Positions 12,100 to 22,699 of a stretch of 64,000 nt of DNA are shown here, piece by piece. The stretch spans positions 310,001 to 374,000 of the forward strand of contig JAYWIR010000024.1 of assembly GCA_036172245.1 (NCBI GenBank), written 5' to 3'. The DNA is from Raillietiella orientalis (lineage: Eukaryota). Every line of letters begins with the position of its first letter. The first letter of the stretch is position 1. The notes beneath the pieces were generated by a model. That model was not told the origin of the DNA, made no database searches, and worked only from the letters and a program-made list of their open reading frames with translations. Both the position numbers and the translations under genes were made by a program.

Positions 12100-15000
12100 A
12101 ATTAACCGAGCGGAAAGCTGCTCACTAGTAGCAATTATCCTTTTATCAGTTGATTCCTCTCCATGTGTGAATGGCGATCCACTTGTTCACTTTAAACGCT
12201 GACGCTCAGAAATCTCTTCAACGCTCGCAAGTTGGTCTTGTGACCCCGGCTTTCTGCTGAAGCATCCGAGGTTCGACGTGAAGAGTGGGGTGGTTGGTAA
12301 GAGAATTCACCGTAACTGCACCCCTTACATCGGCCTGTTGGCCATCCCACCTCGATGGGGCTCTCCGCTTCCGTTTCCAAGGAAACAGCTTCGTCAGACG
12401 GTACAGCTGTCGTTGGTAACAAAGTCTTCCTTGTTGCGGAATGGAATTTCCGTAAGCAGATAGCTCGTATAAGCAGACTGCTGCAGATTCACCTCCGATT
12501 TTGGACCGCGTTCATCTCCATACTGTTCTCAAGCGGTCGGCGCTCCTACCCGTGCACGAAAGTCGCTACCACTTTTCAACCCCTCCTCCCACTTCCACAT
12601 GATGGTTGCTTCAATCTCTTATCGTGGACTCTCACCCGCGCTAAGCGGACCTGTCCATGTGGACCCTGGGACCTCTTCTGTGATTCGCCAGCCGCAACCT
12701 TACCCCTTCGGGCAGTCTTAAAAGGCCTTTTTTCCCATCGAGCGCGAAGACGTGCACCACCACGAGCGGCTGGTCTAACACGTCCTTCTTCCCGAATCCA
12801 CTGTCCCTTTCGGCTAGAGATACTTGCAGGAAAATTCCTCCATTTCTTCTCTCGGTTTTCCCCACATGGTGTCGTCGGCACTGTTCCTCGAGGTGCTGTT
12901 CTACGAGGCAGTTCGGGTGCGACTTGCGCAGTTAAAGACGTGCAGCCAAGTCCAGAAAGAAAGGCAGCTGTGGCTCCAACCGCTCGTGCTGCGCACTGCC
13001 CTTGGCGTGGGCTGCGCGCCAAACAGTCGAACCATCAGAAGAACGTTCTTTTCGTCGAAGACTTGCCTTCGTGGCTGACTTCCGAGGAGCATTCCGAGAG
13101 GCTGTTCGCCCGAAGAGCAGGGAGCATTCTATCCGGTAAAAAAAAAGATGGCCCTGAGGTTTTCGTGGCATCATCGACACTTTGCATTCCTCGAGCAAGG
13201 GATGCAGCTGCATTCGAATCTGATGAGCAGCCTCCTCAGCCCACACTTCCCAGCTGGGGGGGGGGGGGGGTTTCGCTTTCCTTTTCTCGCTCGCGCGAGA
13301 TATCTTCTGCAACTTAGTTTGGTCCAGTTTCGGTGACGGCGGGTTCGCAGCTGCACGTGGCAGTTGGTTTCACAAGAATCTTTTGCTTTGGGGCGCCTGA
13401 CTCCCTCTGGGTAACCATCGAACGCGATGCCCTCTGAGCGATTACGGGACGCGGACCTTTCTCTGGGACTTTGCATCTCATGATCAATCGTTCGCGACGA
13501 TGATCAGTAACGTAAACGATCGATCAGCAGCAATGGAAGTGCTCTCATCACCAACAACGAGAAATTTTTCAAGAGTTTCCTCAAGAACAGCCAACGGCTT
13601 CGCAACAAGGTCGCAATTATCCATCTTTGTTCAGCCTCGGTTCTGCACTCACACGGTTCCCAAGGCAATCAAGAAACTTTCTAAGCCTTTATCGCCTGAT
13701 TTTCCCTTCTAGGATGAAGAGGGGCAGGAGAGAGAGATTTATCTGATTTAAAGTAGCAATGCATCGATTTTATGCTACTTTTCGCATTCATCTCTCCCGT
13801 TCTCACGCACGAGAGAGCCGCGGCTCCCGAAAAATCTCCTTTCCGCTGTTCCGTGGACACGGGAAGCGCGGCCAAGACCTCATGGTCGGAAAACCAGGAA
13901 TGCGTCTCTCTCTCTCCCTCTTTCCCTCCATGCACGAATAGGAATCCTCTTTTGCTCCATCGGGTGTGCGGATGGATGGGCGTGGGTAACTGCATCTGCC
14001 GCGTTATGAGCTTGCATCCGCATCTGAGCCTTTGCGATCCTCCGCAGATGAGGTTTGTGACGTGGTGGATCCCAGTCAGCGGAATGGGGGTCCAGAAGTG
14101 CGTTTCTCGGCGGATGCAGACGGTGCGTCCAGCGTGCCTGCGGCTTCTCGCAGGGTGGCGCAAGAACTTGCTGAATGCATGCGGATGAGGGGTTCGGGTC
14201 GGCAGGCCAACTCCCGCCAGATCCCGCCGGTGGAGACTGGCGGTGGGAAACGTCGATGCTCACGGCTTTTATGTCGGAACCCTGAGCTGTTTCCAATGCA
14301 TGGCTGCACCAGGAAGCCGCCCTCGTGTCGGTTCGATTCTCCCTTCCGAGTCAGCGGTTCTAAGGAGGAAACAAAGCGGGATTCCATCCGCATCTTGGCG
14401 CTTGTCTTACAGCCGGGGGAGTGGGCAACTCGTAGGATGGTGTTCGTGCTGCTTCGGGGTTCCTGCGATCATGGTTTGCCGAGGGAGGTCCCTTCCGGCA
14501 TCTGCTGATGAGCGGAGCGCATGAGCTTCGCAGCAGAACCGATGCTGCACGGGGAAGAATGGAGGTGCATTCTGAGGACGGCCGAAAAGATTCGCATTGT
14601 CCTCAGGTGTTCCTCAGCATCAACCGTTCCTGGATAGGCCCCAGTGACGAGGAGGTGCTGCATGCTCCCCATACCCCGCGGCACTCCTTCCTTTACGCCC
14701 AGCTGCGCAACGCGGTTTTGACCGAGCCCCAGACTCCCTCGTCAGTTGTCTCTGGATTCTTCCTCCCTTCTTCGCTCTGCAGACCGGGAGCAGCTCCTCC
14801 GGCACACCTTGCTTACTGTGTCCATGGTTCCCACTTGGTGGGAATGCTCGTGGATGTCCTCCCTGAGAGGGAGGGCATCTTCTCGTATGCCTGTTTCCGG
14901 GAGAGCCATCAAGTCCCACAATGTAGCTGCAGGACCATCTCCTGCACCACAGCGGTCTCCACAGCCGACGGATCCCTGCTTTCGACTGGACCCGCGGTCA
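12100..15000 (-). mobile_element. Decayed L1/Tx1-like ORF1 plus endonuclease relic inside Rx intron 2
   Basis: ETGIREDALPLREDIHEH...VSKVCRRSC (ORF1-like, about 14800-14900), DIKAVSIDV (cf. LKIASLNV, about 14260), TVCIRRETHF (cf. IICLQETH, about 14110). Boundaries approximate. Confidence 0.38.
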
Positions 15001-16043
15001 TGCAAAGTTTCCTTCTCGGCTCGCGTCGATAAGGCACCGTCATCAGATTTTCCGGCTCATTTGCACCTCAAATCGAATCAGCTCGAGGGAGGGCGAGCTC
15101 TTCCGGGGCTTTCGGCGCCGTGGCCCCTCCTCCGGAAGAATACATTCGGCGTCATCATGATGGAACCGCGATGAGCGGGTCGCCGATCCGAGGGAGCTCC
15201 GATCCAATCCTAGCTGCTTCCCGGAGGTGAGCGGGGAGGGAACGCGGTCTCTCGGCGGCCGTTTCGTGGACGTGGACCGAGCCCTCGGGCGACTCAACCC
15301 TCTTCCGACCCATCCGCTCCTTCCCGAGCGGCGCGAGTCTCGGAGCCTTGCCTTCACCGGGACTTGCCGCTCCTCCGCTCCCCGAGCCTGGAAGTCACGC
15401 AGGGCAGCAGCAGCAACACGTCTGCGGATGAAGCATTCGGCCCTTGCCCGCTCTTGTCCGTACGCGCCTCCGCGAGTGATAGTATCATTTCCATCCAGCA
15501 TTTGTATCTAATTTGACTAAATGGAGCGGCTGGAGGGCTCTCGGTCACGTGAGGTTTCATGACCGTGCCCTCTCGCTCCTTCGAATAAAATAGCTCCTGA
15601 GCGCGCTTTCGGCTGATAAGGATCCTCGATCATTAAGTGGGGGAGAGTTTTTCCGCTCCTCTCCGAAACACGCAATTTCCATGGCAACGTGACCCTCCAA
15701 CAGCTGTAAATCGCGAGAGCGCTTTATGCATTTTCAATTAATTACATGGACGCGAGAATCAATTAGACAAATCTATTTAATGAGTATCGCGTGGCAATCT
15801 TGTTATCTTGATTGATGCCGGGATCAGAGGGAAGATAACGGAACGCGGCGCTTTGCAGGGATTTCTCTCCCTCTCCCTCTCTTTTTTCTTTCCTTTTTTC
15901 CTCTTTGAGTTTCGGTCACGGTCTTTCCCTCCTCCCACCTCTCTCCTTTCGCGCGGTTCCGCCGCAGCTCCCCCCTCTTCTGGGGGGGGGGGGGGAGCAG
16001 AAGGGATCAGGGCGTCGTCGTCAGCCCCGATATCGCCGCTCAC

Positions 16044-16330
16044 CTGGACTCGAACCTCCGGGAGGTTGATCTTCATGGCCAGCTCCTCCCGGCTGTACAC
16101 GTCCGGGTAGTGGCTCCGCTCGAACGCCCGCTCCAGCTCGTGGAGCTGGTAGGTCGTGAAGGTGGTGCGGTTCCGCCGGTGCTTCTTCTTGGCATCCCCC
16201 AGGTCGGAAGCGGCGGCGGAGAGGATGGCGGCGGCCGGGAAGTCCGCGTCTCCTCTTGCGGCCTCTGGCAGCAGGTGGTCACTCGGCGCGGGGTCACTCC
16301 CTCCGAGGTGCGGCTGCGAGTTCTCGCTTT
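16044..16330 (-). CDS. Rx: Retinal homeobox Rx/Rax, coding exon 2 (homeodomain residues 1-46)
   Basis: Encodes [49 protein letters not shown], diagnostic of Rx. Donor CAG|GTGAGC at 16044/16043 is the PRD-class intron position between homeodomain codons 46 and 47. Acceptor CCGTTCCAG| gives phase 1; an alternative in-phase AG about 60 nt downstream cannot be excluded. Confidence 0.95.
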
Positions 16331-19300
16331 CTGGAACGGATGGCATTTCCTTCCTTTCTAACCTTTCATCCCGGAAGCGGCAACGGGGATATCAAAGGGG
16401 AGCCGCCATCGCACCCCCTCCCTCCCTTCTCCCCTTTCTTTGGGGAGGGACCCCTGGGAGCGCGTCTCCTCCTGGAGCAGCGGCGCGGAAACGGGCAGTG
16501 CGGGAGTGAGAGGAGAAGGTCATCTCCGAGTTCATTTTGAAGTCGCTTCCCTTGGGAGGAGTCGAAGTGCACGCCATCTTTCGCAGAGGGCGCGCGGAGC
16601 TGTCCACGGAAGCCGCTTTCGGCGACTGGGAGTCGCGTCCGCATCTGACCGCAGCCGCGTGGGAACCGGAGGACAGCAGTCGCCGTAGCGAAGCACCTCC
16701 CGGAAGCCCCGGCAGACGCATCCTTCGGTCTCCTCGAGCCCTGACCTCGCCACTCTCGATGGCCCCTCGGACTCCTTCCGGGAAGCCGAGCGGCGGCTCG
16801 ATGATCGCCAGGCAACCCCGCTCCCGGCAGAGCCGGCCCTCGGAAGAAACATCGAGTCGTTACTTCCCTCCCGCGGCGGGCGACACTGCTGGAGCCGAGC
16901 GACTTCCCAAGGGTCCACCAAGGCGACCGAGGGCTGCTGCTTTCCTCTCTTCCGGGAAAGCGGCACCTGAAAGAGCTTCCAGGCCGGTTCTTCCGAGGAA
17001 GAGGAGCCGAGATGGCTTCGCTGCTGCTCCTTCATCCTCTGATGTGAGCCATTCGGCAAAGAATCAGCCTTTTCGGGCTGGTCAGCGGCGCTCTCAGACC
17101 TCACGCCCCAAACAGAAGGAAGTTCGGCCAGGGTTCTCTCCCGGAAGCTTCAGGTCCCGGCTCCATTTCGGGAGGCTGGTCCTTCGTTCTTCGGGAACAG
17201 CCCTCGAGGCATGACCACTTCCCGGTTCTTCTCCGGCCGCTAGGAGCGGTGGTGTTGGCAACTGCGATGCTCTCACGGACCCCGGCAAATGGTCCCCGTG
17301 CAACAGGCGGCAACACCGCTGTCTCTTTCGAGGTCGCAACTCGAGACGTCGCTACGGGCGTTCCCAGAAGATGAGGTGACCAAGCGGATGGTCGCCACCA
17401 TCCTTTTCCCTCAGGAGACATGCAACGTGGGATGGGTCTTCCTTCTTCGCCCCTAGGAAGCAATGGGTCTCGATGGAAAGGTTGATCGCTGGGTCTCATC
17501 ATGCAGCCTGAGTCCAAGAGCCAGCCGCGGGTGGCTGCAGGGCTCTTCTTCCCTTCCTCGTCCTCTTCTCCTACGTTCCTCCCGGTCCCTCATTCCCTGC
17601 CCCCACCTCCTAGCCTCTCTTCCTCCTCGTTCCCTCTTTCTTGGTGCGCTCAAGGACTTAGTCGATCCCTCCCTCGCTTCCCTTCTCCGACAGAGCAGGA
17701 AGAACCGATCGTCCACTCCTGGAAAGTGGCCAGCAGCCTTCGTGTCCAGGACGGCAGATCAGGTTCTTCCGTGTCTCATAGGACACGGTCCCACAAACTG
17801 CGTCTTCCCACTCGGTCTCGATAGCACTCTGCTCTTCCCTCCCGCTGCTACTATCGACGCCCCTTCAGGTGGGAGAGGGCAGCGGCCCTGAAGCGCGGGA
17901 GGGACGCAAGGGCGCTGCTTTCTGGGAAGCCGAAGGTAGGAGGGACGGAAGAAGAAGAAGCCTCTGGGGCACCGCCGCCCTGGCCTTTCCTCCCTGTTCA
18001 TTTTAGGACGCGCGAAGGTGGGTTGCGACCAGGATCGCACGGAGAAGGAAAGCGCCCGGGAGTCCTCCGCCTGGATCCTGGGTCTCAGTCGGGAGGGGCT
18101 GTCGACAAGGTCCGGTCCCCGGCTGAGCGGCTGACTGCGTCCTTCGCCATCGGCGTTAGAGCTGCGGGGTCGGGTCGTGCTGTTCTTTTGTGACCCCCCA
18201 GCCGGAAGGGGTTGCCGCAACCAAGAGGTGCGTGAGTTGGGAGCTCTGGAAGCGGGCAGTTGGGAAGGTGGACCTCGGAGGCTGGTCAGCGAGACTGGCA
18301 CCCGACAGGGTCACCAACTTGTTGGCCATCAGGCAGCATCTCACCGGGAGGTGGTCCATTCTTCTTCTGAGGCAGTCTTCTCGAGCCCACGCGGGTGGAT
18401 GATGGGAGCGTCTGACCCCAGGACTCGGGAGGCACTCGTGGAAGGGGAGGGGAGTTGCTTTAGGAAACTATGACCGCGGGTTCGGTCGGCACCCACGTGC
18501 GTTCAGGCTACGGGGAGGAGTGCCGCTCTTCGCTCTGCACGGATGACCTGCTGCTTCGAGGAAGCTGTGAGGACGAGGATCCGCCCTTTCACCAGTCCGG
18601 GGGCTGCTTCCGAGGTTCGTCCCACAGGGATGCGGGCAGATTTCTTCCCGAAGGGCCGGCGCCCTCTTCCAAGTGGTCGGGTGGCTTTCGAAAGTCGCCA
18701 GTGCGTCGATCACTGGGGTCGGCTGACTTGTGGTCGGTTGCCGGGACGAAGAGCGCAGAGGGAGGAAGTAGGGAAGGGAGCTTCCGTCCACCCAGACACG
18801 CGATCCCGCCTACTCCTCCTGCCTGGAGCGCGCGGGCCCCCTTCCTTAAGCGGGTGCAACCTCCGCCGCGGCGATCCCAGCAGGCGGAGTCCCCCTCCGG
18901 ACCGGCAGGGCAAGCGCGGCGCGGGAAGCGGAAAGGAGTCGAAGAGGTGGGCGGAAATCCCGGAAGCCTAAGCCTCCTCGACGTCGGTGCTCTTCAGAGC
19001 GCAGCCCGAGGGGGCACTCCCCTTTGGTTCGCTCGCCGCTCCTGACCCTGCTCTCCCTCTTCCCGGCTTCCGGGGAGCGCCCGCCCCCGTCGTTTCGCCA
19101 TGCGCCCTCCACGTCCCCGGCTGCGGGAATGGGAGGGAGCTCGCGTCTTCCGGGAAACGGGAGGGAGAGGCGAGGGAGACTCCGCCCTCTCCGGGAATTC
19201 TTCCTTGGAGATTTCGCGAATCCTCCCTGATCGCTCCCTCTCCCCACCCCCCATCCCCATCCTTCCCACGCGAACTCTCATCCCAAGGCGTATGCAGCCA

Positions 19301-19578
19301 CGATGGAGTGCTCTGGGTCAATGGGTGCTGCTGCCAGGACGCCGCGGAGGACCCCACCGTAGTTCAAGGCGGAGGGGAGGAGAGAGGGGAACGCGAGCAG
19401 AAGGCAGTGAGGGAGAGCGAGAGGAAGGGGGTGGGGCACGTATCGATCTTCCCCTTGCCCTCCCCTGACCTCCCACCCTGCCTTCTCTTTCCTTTTCCGT
19501 ACCCCTAGGGGACGCGCCTTCTCCCCCCCCCCCCTTCCCTCGTTCCTTCAGTAGGCAGGGGGAGTCCCTCGTTCCTAC

Positions 19579-19729
19579 CTGAGGCGTCTTCCTCGGAGGG
19601 CGGGGCCTCATTCTTCCCTTCGCACCGGGGGCGGCTGTGGCCCCCTCCGGGAGCCCGCTTCCCGGATCCCGGGTCCCGGCGGGAGATCCCCAGGATCGAC
19701 TCAATCGTGTGCAGCTGAGACGTCGCCAT
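19579..19729 (-). CDS. Rx: Retinal homeobox Rx/Rax, coding exon 1 (octapeptide/eh1 motif)
   Basis: ATG at 19729 in GCCATGG context. Encodes MATSQLHTIESILGISRRD..., where HTIESILG matches the Rx octapeptide (HSIEAILG-type). Ends at donor CAG|GTAGGA after 151 nt (phase 1), compatible with the exon 2 acceptor. Confidence 0.88.
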
Positions 19730-19859
19730 GGCACCCGCGGGTGCGTGCGCGCGTGCGGAGGAGGGGTTCCTCGCGCCTTCCGTCACGGGGAGTCCCCTTG
19801 TTCCGAGGGGGCCCGGGCGCGAGGAGCGCGGACCGCATTCCCGTGGGAAAGCTTCATCG

Positions 19860-20150
19860 CGGCGGTGGCGGTGGAGCGTGGGGGGATCTTCAGGGTCGCG
19901 CGCAATCCCGGCGGTATTTATCGTCAGGGAAAGAGAAGCGCACTGACGGGCAGCGGCGGCGCGAGCCGGAAAGGACGGGAAGGCGGCCGAGAGCGCGCGC
20001 CTGCGCGAGCCCTGCCAAGAGGATGGGAGGGTCGAGGCTCCTCCTCCGGAGGCGCGGCTCCCTTACCGTCAGGCAGCCAATCGCGCGCGCGCGCGCGTCC
20101 TCCGTCTAGGTGCCGCCCGACTGCCGCCTCGGCTGCGGCTTCGCGCCGGC
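19860..20150 (-). promoter_or_regulatory. Putative Rx proximal promoter (CpG-rich, TATA-like element, CCAAT box)
   Basis: Minus-strand GATAAATA at 19922-19915, about 190 nt upstream of the ATG. AGCCAATCG (CCAAT 20077-20081) is followed directly by (CG)8 at 20082-20097. Local CpG density is very high. Confidence 0.55.
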
Positions 20151-20790
20151 AGGGGACGCGCGGGGTCCGTCCGGGCGACAATCCCGCGGACGCTGCTGCT
20201 ACACGGGGCGAGGGAGGAGGGGAGAAAGGGAAAAAAGGGAGGGGGGTGGAAGGGTGCTCTGCTAGGAATGGCGCGCGTATTCGGCGGAGGTGCTCGCCAG
20301 TGCGAAGAAGGGAGAGGAGGCAAAGGGAAGGACTCACATGTTCCCCCCCTCCTCCTCCTCCCATCTCTTCCTTCTCTCGCCTCAGGCCGGCGCCTCCCCC
20401 GTGTTCTAAATCTTTCGCTAACGTGCCCCTGCAGCACGACGGGGACACGTCGAGGGACTTGGTTCCTCTCCGAAGGAGGAACTCCCGGGCTGGGGCCCTC
20501 GTCTTCATCCAGGACCGGGGAAGATTCCGCAGCGTCCCCTGGGATCTGCCTCAGGTCATGTGAACCCGGGGAGGCAGTGGTGGTTCCTCCAAGGGACGCG
20601 CATCCCTGACTTTCCCGTTAGGAGGTGAGCAGCGCGGCGTTCCCCCTCCCCCACACATTCCACCCTCTCCTCTTCGATCGTGGGCGTCGGATGGAGGAGG
20701 AAGGTCGCCGCACTCGTCGTCTCTTTCATGCTTCAGGGAGGGCGGTCGCGCCATCCCGGAGGCCGGAACAAAGGGGCTGCAGGAAAAAGA

Positions 20791-20809
20791 GGGGGGGGGG
20801 GGGGGGGGG
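20791..20809. repeat. G19 homopolymer tract
   Basis: Read directly. Similar tracts at 13256-13270 (G15) and 15982-15995 (G14). Confidence 0.85.
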
Positions 20810-22699
20810 TGCAGGGATGGGGAGAGCTCACCCCAAGGATCCTCTTGACCCAGGCGCATCGCCCAGAGGCAGTGACTCCACGTTCCCTTCTCGGCGGCAT
20901 TTGGAGGGCGCCCCCAGGTGGGGGGCATGGGGCGGCGCGCAGATCAGTGGCTCATTAAATGCGCGTCCAGCGGCAGGGTTCTCCGACCCCGTCCGTCACG
21001 CCAGGCGTGAGAAGGGTCGCGGTGGCCGGACGCCCGCGGGCCTGCCAACGGTGCCAGCTTCTTCCCTCGGGAAGGCGGGACGTGGGGGCTTCCTGAGAGG
21101 CGCGACCTTTCCCAGAGAGGGCGCCGCCCAGCCCACGTGCCGCGCAGACCCTGACCTCCCTTTCGGATCAGTCTCATCCTCGGGTTGCTCCGAGAGCGGA
21201 TCAGCGGGGCCCTCGGACGGGGTGGACGAGGGGTGCCCCCTCTCCTGGAGCGCTCTAGTGAGAGCCACGCTCAGTGGGGCCGCGGCCCGGAGCTCCAGGA
21301 GCAGTGCGGACAACCTGCCCTCCGAGCTTCCCGCCACCACCCTCTTCGGCGTGAGGAGTAGCGTGACTGGAGCTGTCGGGAAGGGAGGGAAGGGAAGGGG
21401 AAGGGATAATTTTCCTGTGCTCCTCCTACCCTGCTATCTCTCCTCCGACAGCTCAGGGCGCCTGGCCCTCTTCCCCTCCCCCATCCGTGTTCCATCGTGA
21501 GATGCGAGTGGGGGAAGCTTCGAGGTTTCCAGCCGGGAAGGACGGAGGCGAGAACGGAAGACGATCTTCGGAGGGAGAAAATAAAGGGAGGGGGGAGAGA
21601 AGGGGAGGGTGCTGCTCGCAAAGGGAGACGCACCAGCACGTCGCGGAAGGACTGACACCCCTCAGCCGGCGTCCCCTGGGCGAGATGACCGACCGAAGAG
21701 ACAGGTCGCTCCTACCGGATCCTCCTCTCCTGTGGACATCCCTTGTGGTTTCTTCCCCGAGCATCTTCTTAGCGGCACAGTCTCTCCTGCATCTCCTCTC
21801 CAGTATCTTTTCATCTTTCCATCAGCTTCCGCACTCTGCGAGATGAAAGAGCAGGGCAGCGCGTCCCGAGAGGCGCTCTCTCGGATTCGAAGGTGGGGGG
21901 AAGGAAGGAAGGAAGGAAGGGGGGCCGGGAGGGGGGGGGGGAAGGGGAAGACTCTGATACGCACGCAGGGACTCCGCGTTCTTCCGCCCTGCGCGTGAGT
22001 CTCTTCCCGTCTCGCTCCCGCAGTCACGCGTCGCTACGCGCGACCTCCCACAGCCTGGAGCGAAGACCATCGGCAGCTTGCGCAAAGCGTCTCCTCCCCG
22101 CCGTCCGCGCGCGTACGTCCGTTCCCGGGTCCCGTCCATTCGGGTTCGCAGATGCTCTCTCCCCTCCCCCCTCCTCCTCTTCTCCTCAGCCTGGTGACCT
22201 GCGCTTTGTGCTCGCCTCCCCCTCGCTTCGCTCCTCTGTCATTCAGGAAAGGGGGAGTCTCGGGTTCCGACACGCATCGGGAAATCGCGAGGGGATAGGA
22301 GGATCCACCAGCAAGGGATGGCGACGCCTGACCTTGCCCTTTCTCACCGAAGTCCCTTCCCTGTCTCTGTCGCCCCTCCCCGTCCTCCCCCCTCCTCCTC
22401 CGCCTCCTTCCGCTGATGGAGGCCGCGGGTGAGGCCTGCGCACCTCGCTGCCGAATCAAGGCCACGGTCTGGGCTCAGAGTCCGTTTCCAGGCTGCAGCC
22501 ACCACGAGGAGGACACTGACTTGGATTGGCCGCCCGCTCTCTCCTCTCCTGAGGCGGCCCCCTTTCGGGATCTGCCGCTCTGGGAGGCCTCGGCGTGGAC
22601 GACGACCCACCTTTAAAGGAATCCCATACATGAGGGAACAACAACATCCCATGCATCCCTCCTCCACGGTGGAGACGCCGGAAGACTGAGCTCCTCGCC

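Noticed and set aside
15777..16346. Single-exon 189-aa homeobox ORF as given by the track
   Set aside because: The homeodomain breaks at VQV where a canonical donor lies, and helix 3 is in the exon at 7288. The ORF reads through intron sequence.
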